Source: Utricularia gibba (taxonomy: Eukaryota; Plantae; Magnoliophyta). From it: DNA of 64,000 nucleotides. This document shows, piece by piece, positions 41,332 through 53,100 of the stretch. Made by a program: the position numbers and the translations under genes. The DNA is taken from positions 1,426,001 to 1,490,000 of the forward strand of contig NEEC01000004.1 in the NCBI GenBank assembly GCA_002189035.1, written 5' to 3'. The number at the start of each line of letters is the position of its first letter. Position 1 is the first letter of the stretch. Under the pieces are notes generated by a model. It had not been told where the DNA came from, ran no database searches, and saw only the letters and a program-made list of their open reading frames with translations.

Positions 41332-43102
41332 TTACACAAGAGTCTTATAATGCTTCCACAATGGGTGTTCCTCGTCTATTGGACGTTGACCTACCCGACG
41401 GCGATCGACGTGCGTGGGTACATCCATTTGGTTAATGAGAGCTTCCAGGAACGTCCTAATATCTCCCCCTTGAACCAGCGAACAATCATTGACCGCGGTG
41501 TACTTGAAGGTGGTTGGGAATATGGCATTTTCGGGCTGTCGAATGAAACTAAACAAGTGAAATAGGATGCAAGATGGTGGAGAATGAGCACAACCAGAAA
41601 CTCACCGGATTGTGTAGTGATTTGTACGGCGCATCATCGATGAGAAGCGTATTAAGACGATGATATTTGCCCTTGAACTCTTGGTTGGTGCCCCATACAT
41701 GATTCAAAAGCTTAAGTTTAACTGTGTTGTTCCTGTTGTCGTGCACCGGAATGGCCGGTGTCCACACACCTGGATCCATCCCATTGGAAGACGAGCTTGC
41801 TGGCTGCTGCAGTCCCTAGTAACCACTGAATCACATCGTGCAATTGTTCACGTCCACATGTCGTCAGAAAAAAAAATGTCAGCAAGAATGCCCCTTGTCT
41901 GCTAGGTGTTCATTATTACCGCCCTCTTGAAGACCAAATGGCGACGTCAAAGTGTTCCATGCAAAACTGTATCAACTCACATTCACCTGGTCGAAGATAC
42001 ACTATAAGCATAAGAAATAGTACTGACACATGCACCAAATATTAAATGCATATAAATGACATTGCATTACTGTTTCGCCAGTAAATGACGGCATCCGGCT
42101 TCGGCGCTCCCCATCTGACTTCGCGAGGATACACAATGTCCGCAAGTACGCCATTCACGTCAAATATAAGCAACTTCCGTGGTGGGGCCGTGTTATCACT
42201 CGATGGTCCACCGTATGACCACCTTGCTTCATACCATGCAAGCCGACCAAAAAAATCAAGATTCTCTGCATATAGTCTGTCCATTTGGATATACTTTGCA
42301 GTGGCAGCACCGCACCCGTCGTCGTGTGTCAAAATCGGTGTTGCCCCTCCGTGTTGCCCCAGACTTCTGGCTGCACATCTTCATCCTCTTCATGGGTCAC
42401 CTCCTCAAGATCATCATTTGTACTCCTACGTTGTCTACGGTGTCGAGGGACACCACAGATGCTGTGTCCTAGGGGCATTGATGAAGGGGGGCAAGACGTC
42501 CTCCAAGGACTTTGTTCTGCAAGAAAATAAATTCACAAACCTCCTTGCCGCACGTTTTGGCAATACCTCTATGCCTACAACGCAAACAGCAAAAAAACAT
42601 GAGTACTGTTCAACAAAACATGTGAATATCCGAAGTAATTGTTTATGATTACCTGATGGGTGTCCCACATTCTCTGACACTGTCAACGTTGTTGGCCATT
42701 CTGCAGCGGTGGGCATACCCATACAAAACTAGTCCACCAATCATCATATTCGCTTCTCACGTCTGTAACCAGTACCACACCAGGTTTTCCATGAAGCGAG
42801 TAGTGCGGACTCCCCTTGCGTTGGACACAGACAGAAACTGCAAAGAAGACACGCATTTCTGGGAGTATGTCCTCTTCACAGATCTGCAGAAATGCGAGAA
42901 CGTGTGCCACAGAACGCGGTGTGAGGTGGGAGAGCGGGATCTGGAGTGCAGCAAGTATTTGCACCAAGAAAGGGGGCGGGGGGGGGGGGGGGGGGAGTCG
43001 CAATCCACACTGAAAGTGCTCGGTGCTGACGGCGAATCGCGAACCGCCAACTCTGGATGGCAGTTCGCCGTCGGACATTTCGCCCGGCTGTTTATCCCAC
43101 AT
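41332..43102 (-). pseudogene. Chimeric cargo gene: gypsy-type Transposase_28-like domain fused to FCP1/NIF-like HAD phosphatase domain (5 exons, about 476 aa when repaired)
   Basis: Exons 43102-42653, 42516-42071, 42001-41920, 41853-41606 and 41535-41332. N-terminal EHFQCGLRLP..FLVQIL..LQIPLSHLTPRSVAHVLAF. C-terminal RKLLIFDVNGVLADI, LRP..FCMEHFDVAIWSSR, KLVFQWDGSRCVDTG, NTLLIDDAPYKSLHNP, NAIFP, GGDIRTFLEAL. Lesions: two -1 shifts in C/G runs, one +1 shift and one AG>GG acceptor. Confidence 0.8.
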
Positions 43103-43459
43103 CGTGTAACCGTCGGGAATTGAGAAGCGGACACGTAGTTTCTCACACGTAAACCGAAAACAATAGACGTGCTACTCGACAATGGCAACGAAGAATTTGA
43201 AACGCAAAAGGCAAAGGTGCCTACCGTCGCGGCGCTGTTCTAGAGAGGTTGCCGAGGAGATTGTTTTCGCGATGCTGCTGCACGTTTGCCGAAAGGGTGG
43301 AGTTGGATGGGCAGAATTAATGAAGTTGTTTTGGAAAGTGCACAATGTCAGACGCCTTTATTGTGCGCAGGGGGGGTATTAATAGCGTTGGGCGGTTGTC
43401 AACCGCCCTTCGCATTTAATGCTGAATAACCGCAATATTTTATGGCATTTTATTTTTGG

Positions 43460-43870
43460 AACTCAGAACACCGGATTATGTTTTCGCGGTGCTGTGGAAT
43501 GCGTAGCGTACCTCAGGCATTTAGAAACACCGCATATAACGGATCGCGGTGTTTTGTCAAATGGAGTATTATTGTACTACCAATCACCCACGCTAACATG
43601 TACCAGCTGCATACATATCTACTTCTAAATTTTGACAGCACCGGATACGTGGAAACATCCGGTGCAGCACTGAACGCGGCATAGCCCAAGCGTACAGAAG
43701 CACCGGAGTTTACGGTTCGCGGTGTTCGGTCAAATGACGATTTGCTGTACTACCAAATACCCTCACTACTATGCATCAGCTTCACACTCATCTAATCTTT
43801 AATTTTTATGAGCATCGGATACGGTGAAACACGTGGTGTTGTCGACAACGGTGGTGTCGTACAAGCATCT
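43460..43870. repeat. ~172-bp degenerate tandem repeat with paired CACCG...CGGTG inverted motifs, inside the PIF element
   Basis: First hairpin starts at 43467, 43637 and 43811; second hairpin at 43525 and 43698, both followed by GTCAAATG..TGTACTACCAA. A related block lies at 41040-41245. Confidence 0.8.
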
Positions 43871-44038
43871 GTAGCACCTCAACTGAAGATCGTGATGTTG
43901 TACAATCCCAACAATTTGTGCATCAACTACCAAATACTTTGCAATTTCAAGTTCAAGTTGGAGTACAAACGACACGATAGGTTCGATACGGGAATTAAGG
44001 AAAACCACTAGCATGACAATGTCTAAAACAGTGTTACA

Positions 44039-45383
44039 CTAGTGGCGCCTGCGGGATGCCAGCCACTCGGTGTACATCCCCTCAGCTTGCTGGTCACGCC
44101 ACCTATTCCATGCTTGATTCCCTCCGGCAGATGTCATGACATCTTCTGGATCACTCGTGTCCCCAGCTTCATCCTGGAAGTCCAATGGGACCTGATCCTC
44201 CAAGGGATCGACCACCATCTCCTTTCGAATGAGGTTATGAAGTAAAGCACATGCCAATACAATGCGGTTTTGTGTGTCTACGGAATAGTAGCTAGTCATC
44301 CGTAGTATACCCCACCGCATCTTCATCAAGCCCCAAGCTCGTTCGATCACATTTCTGACTGATGCATGCCGCATGTTGAATAACTCCTTCGCATTCTGGG
44401 GTGCTCCATTTCCCTGGCCCCACTCCTTTAAGTTGTAACGGACTCCACGGTATGGTGCCAAAAAGCCCTCCCTATTGGCGTATCCCTTGTCACATAGGTA
44501 ATATGTTCCTGTGTCATCGCGTATACCAGGTGCATAAAATCATTGGAATCACATGTGCAAGAGCTAAACAAGTAAAATACCTGGGCGTACACGCAAGCCG
44601 TCGGATCGTGATAGTGCATCGTTGAGCACCCGACTATCTGCAGTAGACCCCTCCCACCCAGTAAGCACATATATAAATTTCATGTGTTCATCACATACAC
44701 CCAACACGTTGGTGGATATCACCCCCTTTCGATTTCTATACCTTGCAGCATCACATTTGTTAACTCGTATACCGATGTATGTGTCATCTATGGCTCCAAC
44801 ACAACCCTGCAAATGCATAATCAATTTTAGGATACACATTCGTAAAAAGAAGCATGAAAGATGTGTCAACCTGGAAGTGTTTAAACTTTCCTTCGGATGC
44901 ACGTTCTGCAGCGACTACCGGGGTCTCTAACAGCACCTCATGGAGGCAAAGCACCGCATGCAACACCTTTTGGAAGCACCGAGACTGTGTCTCGGTGCTC
45001 CTCCCGTAGGTATACTTCTGCACCTGCATTTTTTTATGATGACCTAATATTCCTAAAAACATGCAAACCATCTCCGGAACCGTTACATATTTTCCAGCCT
45101 TTAAGTTAGAACGATTTTCTAATAGACTACATAAAACACCCAACGCATCTCGGCTGATTCTCAAATTCTCAATGGATGCGCTGTTCACATCACTCACCAA
45201 CCTACTAATAAACTCAACTTGTCTAGGAATCTTGTGTGTAAGTGAATACTTGCGTCTCAGCCTATATCCCCTACGGTATTTCCTTGAATGTAAGTATACT
45301 AACACATTCATCTGCACCAAGTATTCAGTCAAAACTGCCGCTGCCGCACTCAAGATGACATGACCCTCCGTGAAAAAATCCAT
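44039..45383 (-). CDS. PIF/Harbinger DDE transposase (HARBI1-like), 402 aa, 3 exons
   Basis: Exons 45383-44871, 44806-44581 and 44508-44039 total 1209 nt in frame. DDE motifs GAID(D)T, YLCDKGY and NVIERAWG; RYRNRKG and GWEGS-ADSRVL also present. Confidence 0.93.
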
Positions 45384-45668
45384 GTCCCCTCAACAGTCAC
45401 CAAAATTGAGCAAAATAGGTTCACTGAAACAGCACCACAAATTCTGAAATTGAAAATTCACAGATAAAAATCCACAAGCGCGGTGCTGCCGTGGTCGGCC
45501 CCTCGCGGTGCTACCGTGGACCAACCCACTAAGAACAGAAAGCATATTTACCGAAAGACCCACCCTCTTGCGCTCGAACAGGCGACGCCACTGGCAAAGC
45601 ACGAACGAATTCTGGGTTGTAGACCTGCGTTCAAATGCAGTTCACGCGAGGGCAAAAGTGGAAGTGCC

Positions 45669-45801
45669 GAGCTGGGTTTAGCTAAACCGATCCCCACCCC
45701 CCCCCCCCCTCGGGTTTAGCTAAACCGATCCCCACCCCCCCCCCTCGGGTTTAGCTAAACCGATCCCCCCCCCCCCCCTCGGGTTTAGCTAAACCCAGCT
45801 C
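45669..45801. repeat. Subterminal array: palindrome GGGTTTAGCTAAACC x4 separated by poly-C tracts
   Basis: Palindrome starts at 45674, 45712, 45747 and 45781. The outer 20-mers GAGCTGGGTTTAGCTAAACC and GGTTTAGCTAAACCCAGCTC are reverse complements. Confidence 0.9.
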
Positions 45802-46257
45802 CACGGGTTCCTGCCTGGTTTATGGTCAATAGGTGGGTTTATTTTTACCCACCTGAAACCCACGAACCAAACGTGGATTTATGACTAAACCCACGTCGCA
45901 ACCCACCTAAACCCAGCAACCAAAGGCGCCCTAAGAGAGTATGAGAGAATCAAAGGTTGCCTAAAGCATCTAAGAAGAAGAGCTTAATTGGACATTGTTG
46001 GTAAGACATATTATGTCTAATTTGTCTGCGAGGTAAAAGGTGTAGGGGTTAGATTTGGGTGTGGGGAAAACATGAGTTATCACAATAAGTGAAAAGGGCT
46101 CTGGTGGCGTAGTTGATTCCATAATCCCACAAAACAAGGGACGGTGCTATAAAGGTCATCAAGTAGCACTATTTTAGCATAACACCCCCAAAACTTGCGC
46201 AAGCAGATCAATTCTCAAGGTTTGTACACACGCAAGGGCGAGTTTCAAGTAAGTTGG

Positions 46258-46349
46258 ATCTTAGATACAAGGTTAATTTTTCTTATTGTTTTCAAAACCA
46301 AATATCTTAGATACAAGGTTAATTTTTCTTATTGTTTTCAAAACCAAAT
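46258..46349. repeat. Perfect 46-bp tandem duplication
   Basis: ATCTTAGATACAAGGTTAATTTTTCTTATTGTTTTCAAAACCAAAT at 46258 and 46304. Confidence 0.92.
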
Positions 46350-47280
46350 CTTTCTTTTGTTTTCAATCCTTTTAAATCTTTGTTTTGAAAAGAAAATTTC
46401 AATAACAATTTCTTATGGATACGATCTTATTTTATTACTTCGACGATTTCTGTGTACTTACAGAATCACCATCACTAAATAACAAAAAAATATTACATTA
46501 TTAAATACTAAAAAAACAACAATATTTATTTGTAATAAAACCAGAGTAATAAAACTGATGATTACTTGGAAAAGGAGTAGTGATTCATAAAGAATAGAAT
46601 GAAGGGTTCATTTTTACACAACATATAGCGAATGGCAAGTGAATCCAAATCTGATTGGTAAGGGATTCATATTTTGGGTGCAAAACAAGGAATCCAAATA
46701 AAGGGAGAGTTGAGTGCACAATTAGGACCTCAAGAAAAAGAAATAGACTTTAGAGGCTGCATTTTTCCCCTTCTTGCATTCTATGGAGGTAGTGTGTGGG
46801 GTTTTGTTGACGTGAATTATGTTTTGATGGGCACCTAATTTCCCTGCAAAAACTTGGAAAGGTGAGTTTGACAACACGCAAAAGAATCAAGCAAATTCCT
46901 TATCTCAGGCGCTTGCTGGCGGTTTCCGGGCATTCGTCCTTTGGACCCTGCCCTGCTTATGCTTCTGGGGCAATAATGCAGCACCCCGGCACTGGATCCT
47001 TCTCTCTCAAGGCGTTTACAAACTAATGCACAGTTACCTTTCTGGAGTGTCTTTCTTTCGGGACAGTCGGACTTCACATTAAGGACTTGTACAACAGTAA
47101 CGAATATGAAGTTCAAACCAATCCCACAAAATTTGTTCTGATGAATTTTTGTAAATTCCGGTGTGGTAAGAATAACATCATGAATTCTGCTTATCCCAAG
47201 CAGCGGTCTGCTGCAGGCTCCTGAGCAGCTCCCGGGATGAAAATGATGGTGATACATAGCGAACAATGTCTTGTGCAGGT

Positions 47281-48903
47281 TCATTTCTGGTCCGTGTACA
47301 CAGCATCGACATCGTCCAGCTCAAGGAGTTTGGACATCAGTTCCTTGTTCAGAGCCATGGCCTCATCATCCACCTGCATGCGATCCACAGTCAGCAACTC
47401 TGCATGCTTCTCATGAAGCTCGGTGACTATGCTCTTTCACGGACTTCGTGTAAACAAGAAACTAGTCCCTGCAACCCATTAACTGTTACATAGAACTGAT
47501 GCTGCAAGGAGATTACCTCAACTGGCATCAGAGGAATAAGCTCGAATCCCCCATCGGTTTCGAATGGTATTCCTTCGTTGCGTAGGTTTGTCAACAAGGC
47601 AGGGTAATTCTCCACGGAAGACACAATCTTGAAGTAACTATCACCAAAGGAAGCAAGTTATAAAAGAATAATGTGTAATCAGAGTGAAAAAAAAAAGGGG
47701 AATAGACACAAGATGATGTTGTCCACCTTTCTGAATCTTCTTCCGAGTCATCTTCATCAACAGAGGGTTCGAGGACATCATCTGAACCAGAATCCAAAGC
47801 GATGGCTATAAGGTTATCTTTAACAACATCAGTGACCTTGACGGTAACAACGTGGGCACGTTTGAATTTGAACATAATCGAACCAGAATCTGCCATTTTT
47901 CCACCATACTCCTTTGCAACCTCCCTAACAGCCGCCACAGATCTGTTTACCTTATCTGTCAACACCTGAATGATCATTCCTGCACCCCCGTAGCCATAGA
48001 CCTGGGTTGTATAGAAATGATGGAGACTGCATGATCTCAAATGAAATGTATATGCAGATTCACCCATGCCAAATTTTGTATGGGATAACAACCTCATAAA
48101 ATTTCTCGATGAAGGCTTCCTGGCCCTTCTCTGAAGCCCTCTTGATGTTCCTGTCGATAATATCTTTAGGTATGTCGAGCTGCTTTGCCTTCTCAAATAG
48201 AGCAGCCAATGCAGTGTTAGACACAGGACTGGAGCCACCCTTCTTGACCCTGGGGGTTACATTTCGAAACATCAGGATTCAAGAAAACACATAGCATCAA
48301 AACACAACAACAAGGAAGCTCAATGCAGATTTGGTAATGCGAATAATATGACGAATAATTGCCATTCAATGAAAAAAAAAAAAAAAACCTACGCTGAAAC
48401 AACTTCCTTCCCAAATCTTGCATACAGCTTTGCTTTCTTAGCATCCTGGGTCGTCTGCAGAGAAAATGCATCACCCACAACTCTAATTTAAGCAATTTCA
48501 AACACCAATTCACTACGATTTGAGATCATACTCAGCACCTTTCTTCCCGCAATTTTACAGGAGCGGCGGCCCATGCACAAGATGGTGCAAGACGAAATCT
48601 TTCTCGCAGCAATTGCATATTCATACCCACGGAAAGAAACCCAATTTCCGAAAGAGGAGTAGCATGATAAAGACGAGAGCCTTCTACTCGTCAAAACATT
48701 TCCTGCAACGAATCATCTGCTGTTTCTTAAACCTCAGACGACTGCCAATCATTTAATCAAGGAGATTAACAAGCTTGATTGCGGAAAACGAAGAAAGTGG
48801 ATTTACTAATCAAAGAAACGGAATCAGAGGGTTTAAGAAAAACCCCATCGGAATATCTGACAAGTAGCGAACCAAACGCTCTGAGTGTTGGTGAGCATGA
48901 CAT
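47281..48903 (-). CDS. YebC/PmpR/TACO1-family protein, organelle-targeted (At2g25830-like)
   Basis: CMGRRSCKIAGRK, VKKGGSSPVSN, RNIKRASEKGQ, YGYGG..I.VLTDKVNRSVA, KLLELDDVDAVYTDQK*. The first intron (48806-48703) and the start ATG are inferred. Confidence 0.9.
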
Positions 48904-50162
48904 CTTTTCATTTGCGTTGCATGTCACACACAATCTCCTCCCGACTAGAAATCTTGGTGAATGAACGAACACACTGAGCAGATCAAATCTCCTCCATCTC
49001 TGTCTCTCACAAGCAGAGAGAACTCAGAACCCACAACTAACCGCTTCTTCTTCATCAGCCCAATTCAAATTTATTGGGCCTCATCATATTCATTTGCCCA
49101 GAATTGTGCTAACGGGCCCATTTTAATCAAATTCTAAATGCGATCCCTCAACTATTTATTATTTACATCTGCGACCCCAATCTCTGTGACGTTTGACATC
49201 CTGTATCTTCTTCTTCGCCAATAAACGCCACCTGATTGTCGCCGCCGGTGCGCCACCGCGGGTGACAGGTACGCATAACACGTAATTGACTAATGTTGAC
49301 ATCAATTATTATGGATTCCTATGACTTAAATGAAACAACAGACGTTTATTTCTTGAGAAAAAAATAAAAACAAAAAGCTCACGCATGCACTCTTCGGAAT
49401 CATTATGCTGTTTCTTCCTTTTCACATCTCCCCATACCATCATTGCAAATTGATTCCTTTTTTCACTACAGCCTTTGCTTCTGCATGCACTGCTATAGAA
49501 AAATGCGGAGAAAATAGGAGTGAGATGGGCTAAAGCTAAAAGCTTAGAGTGTTGGTAAAGTAAAGAGACAAAGCAAGGGGGGCAAAAAGAACATTGGAGC
49601 TACTTTTAGTCCCCAAAAATGGCGTCTTGTTTCCTCTTTTCCCCATCAGGCACTGTCACATCACATCTCATGAGTAGAAAACTGAAAAATTCTCCAGATG
49701 GGTGCCTCGCTTGTATAAACCTAAACCTTTTCTCCTGCTGGGTCGTTCTCATGGAAGATCTGCGTATTGTGCCTTTGTGCTGAAGACCCCAGACGACTTG
49801 GTTTGCTCCAATATTCCCTCTTCAGGTAACATGAATCCAGTAAGTTTCCATGGGAATGCAAGTATGCTGTTTTGTGGACTAGTTGTAGCATTTACTCAGG
49901 GGATTAGCAGTTTGCTGGATTACACCGATTCTTGTCATTATCCGTGTTGTATGCTATGGCTTTGAGGTGGGATTTTTAGATTTTACGACTTCTGCTTCCA
50001 AAATATCATCTTTTTGAGGGAAGGAAGAGCGGTGTAATCAAATAAATCTGGTTAACTTTGAGTGGCTTTTTATGGTTTTCTGGGTCGTCATAATCTTGTT
50101 TTGTTTGCCATCTATGCTGGTTTTGTTTAATCATTCTAAGTGAAAGATGGTTTCCTTTAGTT

Positions 50163-53100
50163 ATGGTGGCGGTGACATCTGCTTACAAAGACGGTGGCAA
50201 AGGAGGAGTAGATAGTGGAAAATATGTACGGTATACACCAGAGCAGGTTGAAGCGTTAGAAAGGTTGTACCATGATTGTCCCAAGCCCAGCTCTTTGCGT
50301 AGGCAGCAGCTAATCCGCGAGTGTCCGATCCTCTCCAACATCGAGCCGAAGCAGATCAAAGTTTGGTTTCAGAACAGACGGTAGCATATCCTGTTTTGGT
50401 AAAAGAGAATTGAATGGATGGTTTCTTGAGCTTTTTCTGCGATGCAGATGCAGGGAGAAGCAGCGGAAAGAGGCGTCACGTCTGCAAGCCGTGAACAGGA
50501 AACTGACTGCGATGAATAAGCTACTTATGGAAGAGAACGATCGATTACAGAAGCAGATTTCGCAGTTGGTGTATGAGAACGGCTATTTTCGCCAAAGGAC
50601 CCAAACTGTAACTCTACGTTTTCTTCTCTCATTCCCTTCTCGTAGCTTTACTTAAACTTGAGATTTTGATTTGAGGCCTTCTGACTTCGCAGGCAACACT
50701 GGCCACCACCGATAATAGTTGTGATTCAGTGGTGACGAGTGGTCAACACCGGCAAACTCCTCAGAACACGCCCCAAGATGCAAGTCCATCAGGGTGAGCT
50801 AAGAATCCAATACATCTGTGGTAGTGTGTTGAATTCAGTAATGTGATGGGTTTTCTGTTTGTTTTCAAGGCTTTTATCTATAGCTGAAGAAACTTTAACA
50901 GAGTTTCTCTCAAAGGCAACTGGAACTGCTGTTGAGTGGGTCCAAATGCCTGGGATGAAGGTATGCAAATTTGTTTCTCTTTATCTGATTCTGTGCATGC
51001 CAACGTTGTTTGTGCATTCGATGTTTGGCAGCCTGGTCCGGATTCCATTGGAATCATTGCTATTTCTCATGGATGCAATGGTGTTGCATCACGCGCTTGC
51101 AGCCTTATTGGGCTCGAGCCCGCAAGAGTAAGTCTTTAGCTTGGCTCGTTGAAGTACTAAGCAGAGAGATGCTCGTGAGATGATAACTCATGATCTGTGA
51201 TCAGGTAGCTGAAATCCTTAGAGATAGGTCTATTTGGCACCGTGATTGCCGAGTCGTTGATGTCATGAATGTGCTTTCAACTGGTACTGGGGAACCATAG
51301 AATTGCTGTACATGCAGGTGCTGCATTTTCTCTGTACTTGTTGCTTCTTTTTCATTACCGGTATAATCTTACTGATGGTTTTCTATCCTCAGCTCTATGC
51401 ACTAACAACTCTAGCTCCGGCTCGTGAATTTTGGCTACTTCGATATACTTCACTCATGGATGATGGCAGCCTTGTGGTAGTATTATGCTACCCTTTTTTC
51501 AACTATTTGCATGGTTTGATACTTTATCCACTGGATCCCCCCTTGTAGGTGTGTGAAAGATCACTGAACAACACTGCAAATGGACCAAGCATTCCTCATG
51601 TGGAAAACTTTGTGAGAGCAGAAATGCTTCCAAGTGGATACCTCATAAGGCCCTGCGATGGAGGCGGATCCATTTTGCATATAGTCAATCACATGGATCT
51701 CCAGGTACTTCTGAATTCCGACAATGGACTTGGTCTCTTAGATTTCTGATGAGCGCAACTGATTTCAACAAGTCATCTCTCTAGTCTTGGAGTGTGCCAG
51801 AGGTCCTGCGTTCACTATATGAATCTTCGAGTTTTCATGCTCACAGGACAACATTAGCGGTAACGCTGTCTTTCATCAGTCTCCTTCCCCTTCAGAACCG
51901 AGAATCTTTCTTTGTTGCATTTTCATTACTCCTTTTTTTTTTTCTGGAGTAGGCTCTACGTCATTTGAGGCAGATATCTCAAGAAGCTTGCCATCCAAAT
52001 GCTACTGCTTGGGGACGAAGGCCTGTGGTATTACGTGCCATAGGACAAAGAATGAGCAGGTTGAATTAAAAAAAACCAGGATTCTTACATTGTTCTGTTT
52101 CATGGTCACTGTGATGGATCTTTGTTGTCCGATTTTCACACGCAGAAGCTTCAATGAGGCCGTAAACAGCTTTCCCGACCAGGGTTGGTCGTCCATACAA
52201 GGTGATGGTGTAGATGATGTTTCCCTTCTGGTGAACTCTTCCCCTGGGAAATTGATGGGATCAGTTCAAAACTATTCAAAGGGACTTCCCGCCATGTCTA
52301 ATGGAGTTCTATGCGCCAAGGCATCCATGCTGTTACAAGTTAGTACGCATACGCCGAGTCGTCTTCCCTCTTCTTGGGTAAATGTTGAACATGTTCTTCT
52401 CTCTTGTAGGATGTCTCTCCTCCTGTACTGTTAAGGTTTCTCCACGAGCATCGTTCCGAGTGGGCTGATACTGGAATAGAGGCCTGCTTTGCTACCGCAG
52501 GTAAACCGGGGGCTTTTTCCCTGTCTTCCACTCGACAAGCAGCGCCCTTTGGTTCACATGTTATTCTTCCACTTGCTCCTACCATTGAGAACGATGAGGT
52601 GAGTCCCTGCTTTTTAGATGATCCTGAGCTCCAGCATTGCCAGGCTAGTTATATTCTGACTTTTCAATTCTGTTTCAGTTCATGGAAGTTATCAGGCTGG
52701 AAAATGTATCTAATATTAACCAAAACATGACGATGCCTAATGATATCTTCCTCCTGCAAGTGAGCTCTTTATCCAATCAATAGGAATTCATTCCTCATTC
52801 TCTGATGTTCCTGAGCTTTTTTTTTCCCATCTGCAATGGTTGATCAGATGTATAACGGTGTGGACGAGAATGCTGTGGGTGCTTGTGCTGAACTTATATT
52901 CGCTCCGATAGATGACACTTTTTCGGATGATACGCCTCTCCTTCCTTCCGGATTTCGTATTATGCCGCTGCATACCAAACCTGTAAGCTCACAAACTTGC
53001 AACTTCTATGCCTGGAAATGTATCTTGCTTTTTCTGTCTGTTGGTGTTCTCTTGTTTTTGCTTCTGATGTTGGTGGTTGAACTGATGCAGGATCCTTCCA

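Larger units (their letters stand above)
39369..45931. mobile_element. PIF/Harbinger DNA transposon, 6,563 bp, with internal cargo gene
   Basis: Left TIR GGACGCGTTTGGTTGCTGGGTTT (39369-39391); right TIR reverse-complements to GGGCGCCTTTGGTTGCTGGGTTT (45909-45931), 21/23 identical. TAA at 39366-39368 and 45932-45934. Contains Myb/SANT ORF1 and a DDE transposase in convergent orientation. Confidence 0.95.

Noticed and set aside
45674-45796. CRISPR-like array (palindromic repeats with intervening sequence)
   Set aside because: The intervening segments are near-identical poly-C tracts rather than unique spacers; eukaryotic context, no cas genes, and the array lies inside a transposon end.
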